Shown: positions 43,676 to 54,515, counted from the first letter of the stretch. The stretch is 64,000 nucleotides of DNA from an uncultured Prevotellaceae bacterium (GCA_946185285.1 CAMHIS010000001.1:43968-107967); one strand, 5' to 3'. Program-made: numbers and translations. The notes: generated from the letters alone by a model not told the origin.

Positions 43676-45058
43676 ATGGAATTAACTCAACTGACAGCCA
43701 TCTCGCCTATTGATGGCCGCTATCGTGGAAAGACCGAAGCCTTAGCAGGATACTTTTCAGAATATGCTCTGATACGCTACCGTGTACGTGTAGAGATAGA
43801 GTATTTCATCGCACTATGTGAACTGCCACTTCCCCAGCTCGAACATTTTGACCACAGTCTCTTTGAACCACTCCGCGACATCTACCGCCTCTTCACCGAG
43901 GCCGATGCCCAGCGCGTCAAGGACATTGAGCGCGTCACCAACCACGACGTCAAGGCCGTCGAGTATTTCATCAAGGAGCGCATCAGTGCGCTGGGCGCTT
44001 CTCCCGCCCAGTCCGCCGCCGTGCCCGCCGCTTTTCCGGCGGAAGCCAAGGAGTTCATCCATTTCGGCCTCACCTCCCAGGACATCAACAACACTGCCGT
44101 CCCCCTCTCCATCAAGGAGGCTTTGGAGCAGGTCTACTATCCACTCCTCGAGGAGCTCATCGAGCAGCTACATGACTATGCTGAGGAGTGGCGCAACATC
44201 CCTATGCTTGCCAAGACCCACGGGCAGCCAGCCTCGCCTACGCGCCTTGGCAAGGAATTGATGGTATATGTCTATCGTCTTGAGGAGCAGCTCCGTTCGC
44301 TCAAGGACACTCCTGTAACAGCCAAGTTCGGCGGTGCCACCGGCAATTTCAATGCCCACCACGTCGCCTATCCACAGTTCAACTGGCCGCTGTTCGCTGA
44401 CGAATTCGTCAGCGCTAAGCTCGGACTTGAGCGCGAGCAGTTCACAACCCAGATTAGTAACTATGACTGGCTGGCCGCCATCTTCGATGCCATGCGCCGC
44501 ATCAACACGATTGTCATCGATCTCGACCGCGATTTCTGGATGTATATCTCCATGGACTACTTCAAGCAGAAAATCAAGGCCGGCGAGGTCGGTTCCTCGG
44601 CTATGCCCCATAAGGTCAACCCAATTGACTACGAGAACTCTGAAGGCAACCTCGGCTTGGCAAATGCCATCCTCCAGTTCCTGGCAGCAAAGCTTCCCGT
44701 AAGCCGACTGCAGCGCGACCTTACCGACTCTACGGTCCTGCGCAATGTCGGTGTGCCCATGGGTCATGCCCTCATCGCCTTCCAGTCCACCCTCAAGGGC
44801 CTGCGCAAGCTCATCCTTAACGAGGCTAAGCTGCAACAGGACCTCGACCAAACCTGGGCCGTCGTCGCTGAGGGCATCCAGACAATCCTGCGCCGCGAGG
44901 GCTACCCCAATCCATACGAAGCCCTAAAGGCTCTTACCCGTACCAATGACGGTATAACCTCCGCTACTATCGCCCAGTTCATCGAGACGCTGAACGTCAG
45001 CGATTCCGTCAAGGAGGAACTCCGCACCATAACCCCCGCCACCTATACTGGCCTGTAA
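43676..45058 (+). CDS. purB: adenylosuccinate lyase
   Basis: AISPIDGRY, TNHDVKAVEY, HFGLTSQD, GSSAMPHKVNPIDYENSEGN. Confidence 0.97.
   Translation: MELTQLTAISPIDGRYRGKTEALAGYFSEYALIRYRVRVEIEYFIALCELPLPQLEHFDHSLFEPLRDIYRLFTEADAQRVKDIERVTNHDVKAVEYFIKERISALGASPAQSAAVPAAFPAEAKEFIHFGLTSQDINNTAVPLSIKEALEQVYYPLLEELIEQLHDYAEEWRNIPMLAKTHGQPASPTRLGKELMVYVYRLEEQLRSLKDTPVTAKFGGATGNFNAHHVAYPQFNWPLFADEFVSAKLGLEREQFTTQISNYDWLAAIFDAMRRINTIVIDLDRDFWMYISMDYFKQKIKAGEVGSSAMPHKVNPIDYENSEGNLGLANAILQFLAAKLPVSRLQRDLTDSTVLRNVGVPMGHALIAFQSTLKGLRKLILNEAKLQQDLDQTWAVVAEGIQTILRREGYPNPYEALKALTRTNDGITSATIAQFIETLNVSDSVKEELRTITPATYTGL
43984..44011 (+). repeat. family-B hairpin repeat, copy 2 (in purB)
   Basis: CAGTGCG-CTG-GGCG-CTTCTCC-CGCC-CAG. 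Confidence 0.8.
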
Positions 45059-45062
45059 CGAA

Positions 45063-45092
45063 AGTTGGCTGTGCTGCGGCGCCGCCGCAGCC
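45063..45092 (+). repeat. family-A hairpin repeat just after the purB stop
   Basis: AGTTGGCTGT-GCTGCGGC-GCC-GCCGCAGC-C. Confidence 0.92.
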
Positions 45093-45123
45093 CCATACGT
45101 CCCCACAAAAAAACAATACAATC

Positions 45124-46512
45124 ATGGAATTAGAAGAAAAGAACTACGAAGAGAAGCCTGTAGCAGAGCAGAACACCGGAAGCCGTGAAGGCTACCCGAC
45201 AGCAGGCAATGGAAATGGTTTTCAGCGTGACTATCGTGGACGCTCACCGCGCCCACGTATCCACACCGGACAGCGCCCGGCCTATAGTCCTGGTGCCGAC
45301 CGCTCCAGTTTCAACCGCAACAACGACGAAGGCGGCTTCCGTCCCGAAGGCTTCGGCGCTGGACTCCAGTCCAGCCAGTCCCGCCAGCAGGGATACCGTC
45401 CTCGTAGCAACTATAATAATGGTGGAGGCTACCAGCCTCGTCAGCAGGGTGGCTATCAGCCCCGACCACAGCAGGGCTATCGTCCCCGCTACGGCCAGGA
45501 TGGCGACGAAGGTGGCTACCAGCCTCGTCAGCAAGGGGGCTATCAGCCTCGTCCTTATAATGCTGGCGGTGGCTACCGTCCCAGTCAGCCTCGTCCCAAC
45601 AATCCTTCTTACGGCAAGCCCTCCTATGGCAAGCCCTCCTATGGTAAGCCTTCCTATGGACAGAAACCTTACGGAAAGGCTTCCTATGCTCAGAAACCGT
45701 ATAACAAGCACTCCCGCACTGCTGACTACGATCCCAATGCTAAGTATAGCATGAAGAAGCGCATCGAGTATAAGGAGGTGAATTACGACCCCAACGAGCC
45801 GGTACGCCTTAACAAGTTTCTCGCCAACGCTGGAGTCTGCAGCCGTCGCGAGGCCGACGAGTTCATACAGGCCGGTGTCGTTACTGTCAACGGACAGGTC
45901 ATTACCGAGCTGGGTACCAAGATTCTTCGTACTGACGAGGTGAAGTTCCACGACCAGCCCGTCACCATCGAGAAGAAGGTTTACGTTCTCCTCAACAAGC
46001 CCAAGGACTATGTCACAACCAGTGACGATCCCCAGCAGCGCAAGACCGTCATGGATCTGGTCAAGAACGCCTGCCCCGAGCGTATCTACCCTGTCGGTCG
46101 CCTCGACCGCAACACGACGGGTGTTCTCTTGCTTACCAACGACGGCGACCTCGCCTCGAAGCTCACCCACCCCAAGTATCTCAAGAAGAAGATTTACCAC
46201 GTCTACCTTGATAAAAATGTCACGGCTCATGACCTTCAGGCCATCGCCGAGGGTATTCAGCTTGAGGACGGCGAAATCAAGGCCGACGATGTCCAGTATG
46301 CCGATGCCGTCGACAAGAAGCAGGTGGGCATTGAGATTCACTCTGGCAAGAACCGCATCGTCCGACGTATCTTCGAGTCTCTCGGCTATAGGGTTGTCAA
46401 GCTCGACCGTGTCCAGTTCGCCGGTCTCACCAAGAAGAACCTCCGTCGCGGTGACTGGCGCTATCTCACCGAAGAAGAAGTCGACCGCCTCCGCATGGGC
46501 GCCTACGAATAA
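45124..46512 (+). CDS. rluB: rRNA pseudouridine synthase (RluB/RsuA family) with long low-complexity N-terminus
   Basis: [19 protein letters not shown]4 domain, [25 protein letters not shown]. Confidence 0.88.
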   Translation: MELEEKNYEEKPVAEQNTGSREGYPTAGNGNGFQRDYRGRSPRPRIHTGQRPAYSPGADRSSFNRNNDEGGFRPEGFGAGLQSSQSRQQGYRPRSNYNNGGGYQPRQQGGYQPRPQQGYRPRYGQDGDEGGYQPRQQGGYQPRPYNAGGGYRPSQPRPNNPSYGKPSYGKPSYGKPSYGQKPYGKASYAQKPYNKHSRTADYDPNAKYSMKKRIEYKEVNYDPNEPVRLNKFLANAGVCSRREADEFIQAGVVTVNGQVITELGTKILRTDEVKFHDQPVTIEKKVYVLLNKPKDYVTTSDDPQQRKTVMDLVKNACPERIYPVGRLDRNTTGVLLLTNDGDLASKLTHPKYLKKKIYHVYLDKNVTAHDLQAIAEGIQLEDGEIKADDVQYADAVDKKQVGIEIHSGKNRIVRRIFESLGYRVVKLDRVQFAGLTKKNLRRGDWRYLTEEEVDRLRMGAYE

Positions 46513-46513
46513 T

Positions 46514-46543
46514 AGTTGGCTGTGCTGCGGCGCCGCCGCGGCC
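46514..46543 (+). repeat. family-A hairpin repeat just after the rluB stop
   Basis: AGTTGGCTGT-GCTGCGGC-GCC-GCCGCGGC-C; 29/30 identical to the 45063 copy. Confidence 0.92.
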
Positions 46544-46558
46544 AAAAATCATAACACA

Positions 46559-48037
46559 ATGAAACGAACAAAGATAATAGACGTGCTTAAGAGCACTGAA
46601 TACGGTAAGGAAATCACCGTCATGGGATGGGTGCGTACCCACCGCTCTTCAAAGGCGGTCGACTTCATCGCCCTCAACGATGGCTCCACCATCAATAACG
46701 TGCAAATCGTCGTCGACCCCGCCGTCCCTGTAGTCGGCTGTGCTGCGGCGCTGTCGCAGCCCTCACTGAAGGATGTGACCACCGGCGCCTGCATACGCTG
46801 CACCGGAACACTCGTAGAATCTCCTGCGGCCGGCCAGCCCTCCGAAATCCAGGCTGCCGAACTCGAGATCTACGGTCTCTGCGACAATACCTACCCCATG
46901 CAGAAGAAGGGGCAGTCGTTCGAGGTCATGCGTAAGAACGCCCACTTGCGTCTGCGCACCAATACCTTCGGTGCTGTCATGCGCATACGCCACAACATGG
47001 CCATGGCCATCCACACCTACTTCCATGAGCACGGCTTCTACTATTTCCACACCCCGCTCATCACCGCCTCCGACTGCGAAGGCGCCGGTAACATGTTCCA
47101 GGTGACTACCAAGAACCTCTACGACCTGAAGAAGGACGAGAAGGGCAGCATCATCTATGACGACGACTTCTTCGGCGAGCAGACCTCACTCACCGTCTCA
47201 GGACAACTCGAGGGCGAGCTCGGCGCTACAGCTCTCGGAGCCATCTACACCTTCGGCCCCACCTTCCGTGCTGAGAACAGCAACACACCGCGCCACCTCG
47301 CTGAGTTCTGGATGGTGGAGCCGGAAGTGGCTTTCCTCGACCAGGAGGGACTCATGGACCTCGAGGAGGACTTCATCAAGTTCTGTGTCCGTTGGGCACT
47401 CGACCACTGTCAGGACGACCTGCAGTTCCTCAACAAGATGATCGACAAGACGCTCATCGACCGCCTCCAGTCTACCGTCCAGGCAGATTTCGTCCGCCTG
47501 ACCTATACCGAGGGTATCGAAATCCTCCAGCAGGCCATCCGTGACGGGCACAAGTTCGAGTTCCCATGCAACTGGGGCGACGACCTCGCCTCCGAGCATG
47601 AGCGCTTCCTCGTCGAGACCCATTTCCAGAAACCCGTCATCATGACCGACTACCCCGCCGCCATCAAGGCCTTCTACATGAAGCAGAATCCCGCCTCCAG
47701 TGCGTCCGGCGGTTCTCCCGCCGGAAGCATCGGCTATCATGGGATTGAGGCTCCCGCCCCCACCATGCAGGGCACCGATGTCCTCTTCCCCCAGATTGGC
47801 GAAATCATCGGCGGCTCCGTCCGTGAGGAGTCCTACGATAAGCTGATGTCAGAGATTAACCGCCGCGGTATGGAGACCGACAAGCTATGGTGGTATCTCG
47901 ACACCCGCCGTTACGGTTCATGCCCCCATGCCGGTTTCGGCCTCGGTTTCGAAAGACTCATCCTCTTCGTCACCGGTATGCAGAACATCCGCGATGTCAT
48001 CCCCTTCCCCAGGACCCCGAAGTCCGCAGAGTTCTAA
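46559..48037 (+). CDS. asnS: asparagine--tRNA ligase
   Basis: [51 protein letters not shown]; start at MKRTKI. Confidence 0.97.
   Translation: MKRTKIIDVLKSTEYGKEITVMGWVRTHRSSKAVDFIALNDGSTINNVQIVVDPAVPVVGCAAALSQPSLKDVTTGACIRCTGTLVESPAAGQPSEIQAAELEIYGLCDNTYPMQKKGQSFEVMRKNAHLRLRTNTFGAVMRIRHNMAMAIHTYFHEHGFYYFHTPLITASDCEGAGNMFQVTTKNLYDLKKDEKGSIIYDDDFFGEQTSLTVSGQLEGELGATALGAIYTFGPTFRAENSNTPRHLAEFWMVEPEVAFLDQEGLMDLEEDFIKFCVRWALDHCQDDLQFLNKMIDKTLIDRLQSTVQADFVRLTYTEGIEILQQAIRDGHKFEFPCNWGDDLASEHERFLVETHFQKPVIMTDYPAAIKAFYMKQNPASSASGGSPAGSIGYHGIEAPAPTMQGTDVLFPQIGEIIGGSVREESYDKLMSEINRRGMETDKLWWYLDTRRYGSCPHAGFGLGFERLILFVTGMQNIRDVIPFPRTPKSAEF
46732..46761 (+). repeat. family-A hairpin repeat in asnS (anticodon-binding domain)
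   Basis: AGTCGGCTGT-GCTGCGGC-GCT-GTCGCAGC-C, encoding [10 protein letters not shown]. Confidence 0.9.
47698..47725 (+). repeat. family-B hairpin repeat, copy 3 (in asnS)
   Basis: CAGTGCG-TCC-GGCG-GTTCTCC-CGCC-GGA. Confidence 0.8.
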
Positions 48038-48063
48038 TCCCTATATATATAATAAGGTGTAAC

Positions 48064-48134
48064 CCCAAAAAGCCCAAATAGCCCATCATGCCCATAAAGC
48101 CCGTAACCGCTGAAATGCCCATTCTGCCCAAAAG
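48064..48134 (+). repeat. degenerate 9-bp tandem repeat (family C, CCCAWNNNG)
   Basis: cccaaaaag cccaaatag cccatcatg cccataaag cccgtaacc gctgaaatg cccattctg cccaaaag. Confidence 0.75.
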
Positions 48135-48414
48135 TGCGATTTTGTGCAATGGTTGCTCGGTTTTTTCGCTTTTTTTACTGAAAATTCGCCAAAACCCCTA
48201 TAAAAAGGCATCTTTTTCGCGTTTTTTCAAAAAAAAAATCGAAATTTCTTGCAAGATTTCAGAAATATGTCTATATTTGCACCAAATTTGTGGCTCCGTG
48301 AAGGAGAAACAGCGCGCGGACATGGCTTTTACAGGCCTAATTCGGCATGAAATTTGAGAGAACAATATATAGTACAAACAATTTATTTTTTTATTAATTT
48401 AATTTATTAACAGT

Positions 48415-51400
48415 ATGAAGAAAAAAGTTTTTAGTAAACTGCTTATGGTAGCACTCGTTGCCACCGTAGGTGTTTTCTCGTCATGTAAGGATTACGACGA
48501 CGACATCGCCGACGTTCGTAATAACCTTACACAGACGGCAACTGAGCTTCGTAACGACTACAATGCCAAGATTGAGACGGTAAACAAGTCGATTGCGACG
48601 CTGCAGACTCAGTACAACAGCTTGGATGAGGCCTACAAGAAAGCTGATGCTCAGTTGAACAGCTTGATCATGGATCAGTTCGCTGCTGCTGTAAAAGATG
48701 CTAAGGCTTACTCTGATGCAAACCTGGCCACCGCTAAGGAAGCTGCCAAGGCTGCTGAGGAAGCTGCCAAGAAGGCTGCCCAAGGCTATGCAGAGGTTGA
48801 GGCTGCTGCCGCTCAGGCTGCTGCCATCGCTGCCGCCAAGGAGCAGGTTGCTGCTGCTCAGAAGACGTTGAGCGACGCTCTGGCTGAGGCTAACACAAAA
48901 ATCGCCCAGCAGGGTGAGAGCATTACTAACCTGATTGAGGCAAAGAACAAGCTCGATGCTGCTGTCGTAGCTGCTCAGGCTCGTGCCGACCAGGCTTACA
49001 CTCTCGCTGACAAGGCTAACACCCTCGCCGAGACCAACAAGGCTAACCTCGAGGCTGCTTCTGCTGACATCGCCAAGCTGAAGACCGACCTGGCTAACCT
49101 CCAGGGTACGGCTGCTGACAAGGCTACTGTCTCTAAGCTGCAGGGTGACCTCGAAGCCCTCCAGAAGACCGTTGACAACAATGTTGTTGACCTTGCTTCT
49201 TATAAGGAGAGCATCACCAGCGTAACCAGCGAGCTGGCTAAGCTGAATTCTGACCTTGCTACTGCTATTAGCAATATCAACGAGTCTATCGCTGCTGTGA
49301 AGTCTACCGCTGATGGCAACGTTGCTGCTATCGACGCTATCAAGACCCAGTTGACTACCATCGACGCTGCTTGGAAGCTCGCCGATCAGGAGATCATCAA
49401 GAGCATCAATGCTCTGTCTGCTACTGTTGATGCCAACAAGACTGAGGCTGCTGCCAACCTGAAGAGCGCTGTTGACGCTATCACCGCTGAGCTGGCTGCT
49501 AAGCAGAAGCTCATTGAGAACAACGACGCTGCTATCAAGGCTCTCCTCGAGACCAAGGTGAGTGAGCTGAACAAGCTCATTGAGGGCAATGCTGCTTCTA
49601 TCCTGGCTGCTAATAAGACCATTGCTGACAACAAGGCTGCTCAGGATGCTGCTAACATTGTTATGCAGAACGACATCGCTAAGAACGCTAAGGACATCGT
49701 TGCTCAGGGTAAGGACATCACCAATCTCGACGATGCCGTCAAGGCTATCAAGAAGGCTCTCGGTGACGACACCGCTGAGACTCTGAAGGCATACGCTAAG
49801 AGCATTGCTGAGAGTAACGCCCTCCAGGCTAAGCTCGACGCTCAGGGTTATGCTGATGCACAGGATGCTGCCCAGAGTCTGACTCTGATGCAGGCTATCA
49901 AGGATCAGGCTGACCAGGATGCAAAGGCTTGGACTGCTGCTATCAACCTCGCTATCGAGAACCTCGTTACGACCTACAAGCTCGCCAGTCTGAATGAGTA
50001 CATCAAGACGACCGCTGAGGCTGCCCAGACTGCTGCTGAGAAGAATGCTGCCGTGAAGGCTCAGGAGATTGCCAACAAGGCTCTCGCCGATGCTAAGGCT
50101 TACACTGACGTTCTCGCTCAGACCCTGAAGGACAACTACCCCACCTCTACCGACATGAAGGCTGCTATCGAGACTGCTAAGAAGGCTGCTATCAGCCAGG
50201 CTTATCTCGACGTGCTCAACACACTGCTGCGCGACTACGACGAGTGGTACAACATGAACGATGAGAACAAGATGAACCTGGAGCTCACGCCCACCATCAT
50301 CGAACTCACCAAGGCTGCTGTTGAGAAGTACGGTCTGACCAAGGAGAATGCTCAGTCTATTATCGATGCTACCATCGAGGCTGGTCTGGCCAAGCCCGAG
50401 GGCACTGGCACCTACGACAAGGACGGTAAGGAGATTATGACTCCGGCAGGTGTCATTATGGCTGAGATTCTGGCTGCTGCCGATGCACTGCAGCAGGAAT
50501 TGAATGGTGTGGATCTCCGTGTCGCTGACATCGAGAAGATTCTCGGCGTTACTCTTAACGCTGATGGCGACTCTATTCTCGCTGGCAATATTTTCAAGGC
50601 TTCTGTCAACGCTCTGATTGCTACCGCTACCAACCAAAAGTTTGCTGATCTGAATGAGCAGCTGGCTGGCACGAAGGCAAGTGGTCTGCTGACTCAGATT
50701 GAGGCTGCTGCCGCTCAGGCAAACCAGAATGCTATTGATCTTAAGGCTATCGATAATGCTATTGCTAACTTGAACACCAAGTTCGCTAATCTTACTCCTG
50801 CTTCTGAGGATGTTAAGAGCAATCTGACTGAGGACAACTTCACTGCATTTGGAGCCAACATTGACAAGCTCATTGCTCGCGTTAATAAGAACAGTGATGT
50901 TATCGACAACCTCGGTACTACTATTGAGACCTATGTGAATAAGTTCCTCGCTGAGTCGGTTGCTCCGATGGTTACCAGCGTTAACCTGTTCTACAACCAG
51001 CACGTTGCTAACAACGATGGTAATGTCTATGGTTTCGACCACAACCTCGACTTCATCTATGTGATTGAGGAAGCCAACAAGTTCCCGATGGACGACTATG
51101 CTGCTACCGACATCGACTTCAACCAGAAGAAGTATGTTGACTCTCAGATTGAGTTCAAGAAGGGTACGCTCCGCACCTACGGTGACAAGATTCTTGTTCG
51201 CGTAAGCCCGGTTAACGCTACCTTCACCAAGGAGCAGGTTGCCCTGATTAACTCTAAGAAGGAAGATATCGTCGGCAAGGGTATTGTCGAGGTTACCAAC
51301 GTTGAGCGTTATCAGGGTCCCGTCAATGCTGCTGGCGACGGCTTTGATTACATCACACGTGGTAATGGTGAGCTGAATACCGGTCTGTGGGTTATCAGCT

Positions 51401-54400
51401 TCAAGCTGAAGGAGAACGAGGGTCAGGCTGACGCATTCGACAACTTCAAGAAGGCTGCCTATACCAAGATTAACAACCAGGAGAAGCAGATTCTCTATTC
51501 TGTAGGTATTCGCAATACTGATTTTGCTGCTGATGATGACCGTTTCGTTGTTTCTGAGTACGACCTTGGTTTGACCGCTGAACCCGCTGATCACAGCTGG
51601 AACTTCGATGTCAACGACGAGACCGTTGCTAAGATTCACAACCGTTACATCGTTAACGAGAACAAGCCTAATAATGGTGAGGAACTGTGGACTGAGGATA
51701 AGCAGAACTATGAAGATTCTTACTGGGATGAGTTCACCTATATCTTCGACTATCAGGATCCCATTAACTGTAACCAGCAACCTCGCGATTACTATGATGC
51801 TCAGGGTAATATCCGCTATACTTATCCTGGTTATACCTATAATCAATTTAAGTATACTCCCGATGCAAATGCTAACGTAACTAATCGTTATAAGTATGGT
51901 AACGACAAGCTTGGTGGTTACATGACCAACGGTATTGATAACCGTCATGACTTCCCCATCAAGGTTGTCAACGAGAAGGATGGTTGGTTCAATATCAAGA
52001 TTCAGTTCCCGAAGACCCTCTGTGGCCGTCATACCGACATCAAGGCATTCTATGTAACTCTTGATCAGAACTTCGCTCGTGAGTCTACCACTTCTGAGGT
52101 TTCTGCTTGGACTGGCTACATCTATGATGGTGTTGGCTTCCAGACCGTGAATGGTTTCGATACTCAGACTGGTAAGTACAGAATCGACACTAACCGTAAC
52201 GACACTGAACTCGGTATCGTGAACGGTATCCGTCCCGCTAAGTTGTTCGTCAAGGAAGACGGTAAGGATATCGAAGGCGTTATCAAGGTTAAGGACGCTC
52301 GCGGTGCTAAGGGTGATATCATCGGTTTCCGTGTATTCGCTGTCAACCTTGATGGTACGCTCTATGACCCCGATGGTCGTGCATTCTATGTGAAGCTCGG
52401 CGACGAGGGTGAGGAGCACACTCTGAACTTCGATGTTCAGGTATTCAAGCAGGTCGGTGATTCTGCTATCCAGAAGAGCGACATCGTTTACGACGAGACT
52501 CACAAGGATTTGAATATTGTTGGTTACAACGATCTTGCTAAAGCTGCTGATCCTATTGAGAATCCGTTCTTCAATATGTTCACTAAGGAACAGAAGAAGG
52601 GTGGTCAGTACACCTTCGAATGGACTTGGGCTGAGAACGACGCTAAGGTTCGTGGTTCTAACAATGATGTTTACAGCCCGCTTGCAGGTACAACCGGTTA
52701 CTCTGCTAACTTCCAGGATTATCCTGCTGAAGACCTGATTAGCCAACTGTTCACCTTCTCTTACACAAGTGATAATAAGGATCCTTGGTCACAGAATGCT
52801 TGGGTAACAAGTGAGACTATTGGTCAGATTGTTCCTGGTTCTTCAATTCTCCGCTTCAACTACAACGGTACCGCTGAGATTAAGAACGTCAAGGTTACTC
52901 TGAAGGATGCTTCTCGTCTGCAGGATGGTGCTACCTATCACCTGAAGCTCGTCGTCCGTTTGAAGGATGCTGAGGGTGCTGAGAGCGTTGTCAACACTAT
53001 CAACGTTAATGTGAAGAAGACCATGCCGAAGGCTCTGCCCGATGAGTTCGCAGTACGTATCGGTCAGGAGAACTTCGCTAAGAATGTTGACTTCTATCTC
53101 CGTGCTTACACTAATGCCGAGACTTGGAAGATTACAAAGTGGTTCGATTATACTAAGGATGATTATGGTAAGTCAACTATCGATAACGATGCTGCTCTTG
53201 ATTATACTCGTTGGGCATTTGACTCTCGTCCTTATAACTTCGAGGAAATCTTTGTTGGTCTGGTTGACGAGAAGGGTGTCTTCGATAAGAACTATAAGTT
53301 CGTCTTCACTGCTTGTGGTGACTTCACTAAGGATAAGGATGGTGTCAACGATGATGCTGTGACTACCTTCAAGATGTACCCGTATAACACTACAGGCAAG
53401 TGGTCGAATGATATGAAGTACACAGGTTTGAATACTGATAAGCAAGAGACCACCATGGATCCTGGTTACTATCTGCCTTACGTACACTATGGTGTCATTG
53501 GCAAGACTGTTGCAGTGAAGGCTGGTTACTTCTATCGTAACATTTCGTTCAATCCTGCTAATCTTGCTCAGGTTGACTTCGAGTTGACACCTGACTACTT
53601 CGATGCTAATGGTGATTTCGTAGCTGAGGCAAGTGCTGCTTTCAAGGCTAACTTCAAGTGTGCAATTGATCCTACCTTCTATGCTGATGATCATTACAGT
53701 GTAATCGCATACGATGGAACTGGTGCTGTTGATAATAATCATGACGGTGTTGGTACTCTTGGTGCTAATAATACAAATACTGCACGTGATCAGAAGTGGA
53801 TTCCTTACGGAAACAAGTTCATCATCGCTCTTGATTCTGTCAGTGTTAAATGGAAGAGTATCCTCGGTTCATACGTGGATGCTGCAACAACTCCGAGTGC
53901 TTCTTACTTCAAGACCAACTTCACTACGTTCACGACTAAGTATGTAACCGATAAGACTCAGACTGACGAAAAGGCTGCTTACTATGTTGATACTCTTGCA
54001 ACTCGTAATCCTCTTGAGAAGGAAGGTTATCTCTATAGCAGTATTAATCAAATCGTTGCTGGTCCTGCTGAGTATGTACGCTTAGTTGGTATTGATGCTC
54101 CTGAGATTACAAAGGTTGTCATCTACTCTGCTAAGGCTACTGCCAATAAGCTCACCGTTCTTGCTACGCTGGAAGGTGAAAGCCTCAAGAGAGTCTCTGA
54201 CTACTTCAATGTAACGAAGGTATCTACAGCTGCTGTTCCTTACGGTCTGCAGTTCGAGCCGAAGATTAACTCTCTCGCTCCTACGGAGATTGGTAAGTTT
54301 GAGATTACCGTAGGTGTTTCTACGCTCAAGCTGGTTCACCAGTGGGCTCACACGAAGGCTGTGTCGGATAATCCTAAGACGATTACTGTCTACAACCCGA

Positions 54401-54438
54401 AGTCAACTCCTGAGACCCAAGCTCGTCAGGCTCGTTAA
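48415..54438 (+). CDS. giant surface lipoprotein with long N-terminal coiled coil and beta-rich C-terminal half
   Basis: Lipobox FSS-C followed by acidic KDYDDD; about 800 aa Ala/Lys-rich helical region; strong high-expression-like codon bias; -7 box TATATTTG at 48272-48279. Confidence 0.85.
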   Translation: MKKKVFSKLLMVALVATVGVFSSCKDYDDDIADVRNNLTQTATELRNDYNAKIETVNKSIATLQTQYNSLDEAYKKADAQLNSLIMDQFAAAVKDAKAYSDANLATAKEAAKAAEEAAKKAAQGYAEVEAAAAQAAAIAAAKEQVAAAQKTLSDALAEANTKIAQQGESITNLIEAKNKLDAAVVAAQARADQAYTLADKANTLAETNKANLEAASADIAKLKTDLANLQGTAADKATVSKLQGDLEALQKTVDNNVVDLASYKESITSVTSELAKLNSDLATAISNINESIAAVKSTADGNVAAIDAIKTQLTTIDAAWKLADQEIIKSINALSATVDANKTEAAANLKSAVDAITAELAAKQKLIENNDAAIKALLETKVSELNKLIEGNAASILAANKTIADNKAAQDAANIVMQNDIAKNAKDIVAQGKDITNLDDAVKAIKKALGDDTAETLKAYAKSIAESNALQAKLDAQGYADAQDAAQSLTLMQAIKDQADQDAKAWTAAINLAIENLVTTYKLASLNEYIKTTAEAAQTAAEKNAAVKAQEIANKALADAKAYTDVLAQTLKDNYPTSTDMKAAIETAKKAAISQAYLDVLNTLLRDYDEWYNMNDENKMNLELTPTIIELTKAAVEKYGLTKENAQSIIDATIEAGLAKPEGTGTYDKDGKEIMTPAGVIMAEILAAADALQQELNGVDLRVADIEKILGVTLNADGDSILAGNIFKASVNALIATATNQKFADLNEQLAGTKASGLLTQIEAAAAQANQNAIDLKAIDNAIANLNTKFANLTPASEDVKSNLTEDNFTAFGANIDKLIARVNKNSDVIDNLGTTIETYVNKFLAESVAPMVTSVNLFYNQHVANNDGNVYGFDHNLDFIYVIEEANKFPMDDYAATDIDFNQKKYVDSQIEFKKGTLRTYGDKILVRVSPVNATFTKEQVALINSKKEDIVGKGIVEVTNVERYQGPVNAAGDGFDYITRGNGELNTGLWVISFKLKENEGQADAFDNFKKAAYTKINNQEKQILYSVGIRNTDFAADDDRFVVSEYDLGLTAEPADHSWNFDVNDETVAKIHNRYIVNENKPNNGEELWTEDKQNYEDSYWDEFTYIFDYQDPINCNQQPRDYYDAQGNIRYTYPGYTYNQFKYTPDANANVTNRYKYGNDKLGGYMTNGIDNRHDFPIKVVNEKDGWFNIKIQFPKTLCGRHTDIKAFYVTLDQNFARESTTSEVSAWTGYIYDGVGFQTVNGFDTQTGKYRIDTNRNDTELGIVNGIRPAKLFVKEDGKDIEGVIKVKDARGAKGDIIGFRVFAVNLDGTLYDPDGRAFYVKLGDEGEEHTLNFDVQVFKQVGDSAIQKSDIVYDETHKDLNIVGYNDLAKAADPIENPFFNMFTKEQKKGGQYTFEWTWAENDAKVRGSNNDVYSPLAGTTGYSANFQDYPAEDLISQLFTFSYTSDNKDPWSQNAWVTSETIGQIVPGSSILRFNYNGTAEIKNVKVTLKDASRLQDGATYHLKLVVRLKDAEGAESVVNTINVNVKKTMPKALPDEFAVRIGQENFAKNVDFYLRAYTNAETWKITKWFDYTKDDYGKSTIDNDAALDYTRWAFDSRPYNFEEIFVGLVDEKGVFDKNYKFVFTACGDFTKDKDGVNDDAVTTFKMYPYNTTGKWSNDMKYTGLNTDKQETTMDPGYYLPYVHYGVIGKTVAVKAGYFYRNISFNPANLAQVDFELTPDYFDANGDFVAEASAAFKANFKCAIDPTFYADDHYSVIAYDGTGAVDNNHDGVGTLGANNTNTARDQKWIPYGNKFIIALDSVSVKWKSILGSYVDAATTPSASYFKTNFTTFTTKYVTDKTQTDEKAAYYVDTLATRNPLEKEGYLYSSINQIVAGPAEYVRLVGIDAPEITKVVIYSAKATANKLTVLATLEGESLKRVSDYFNVTKVSTAAVPYGLQFEPKINSLAPTEIGKFEITVGVSTLKLVHQWAHTKAVSDNPKTITVYNPKSTPETQARQAR

Positions 54439-54480
54439 TCAAACGAATCGAAGTGACTAAAGTGGTCACAAACCTATAGG

Positions 54481-54515
54481 AATGGGGGCGCCCACTGAGG
54501 ACGCCCCCATTATTT
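54481..54515 (+). terminator. terminator/processing hairpin after the giant lipoprotein gene
   Basis: AATGGGGGCG-11nt-CGCCCCCATT-ATTT. Confidence 0.7.

Noticed and set aside
43413-46543. Intergenic family-A copies as ordinary intrinsic terminators
   Set aside because: They have no U-tract, two of the three sit in short gaps between co-oriented genes, and the same element occurs in coding sequence.
46010-46558. N-terminal extensions in the ORF track (asnS; also mraZ, ftsI, clpP, guaB, PPIase, surA, mutL, lolD)
   Set aside because: These come from calling the longest open frame. They overlap upstream genes or promoter boxes, so the downstream ATGs were used.
48088-48357. 89-aa ORF upstream of the giant lipoprotein
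   Set aside because: It runs through the family-C repeats, A/T tracts and the promoter box, with no coding signature.
48481-52746. 1421-aa antisense ORF inside the giant lipoprotein gene
   Set aside because: Shadow ORF: the sense gene avoids TTA/CTA/TCA codons, which removes antisense stops. The translation is S/L/V/I-rich with no recognisable motifs.
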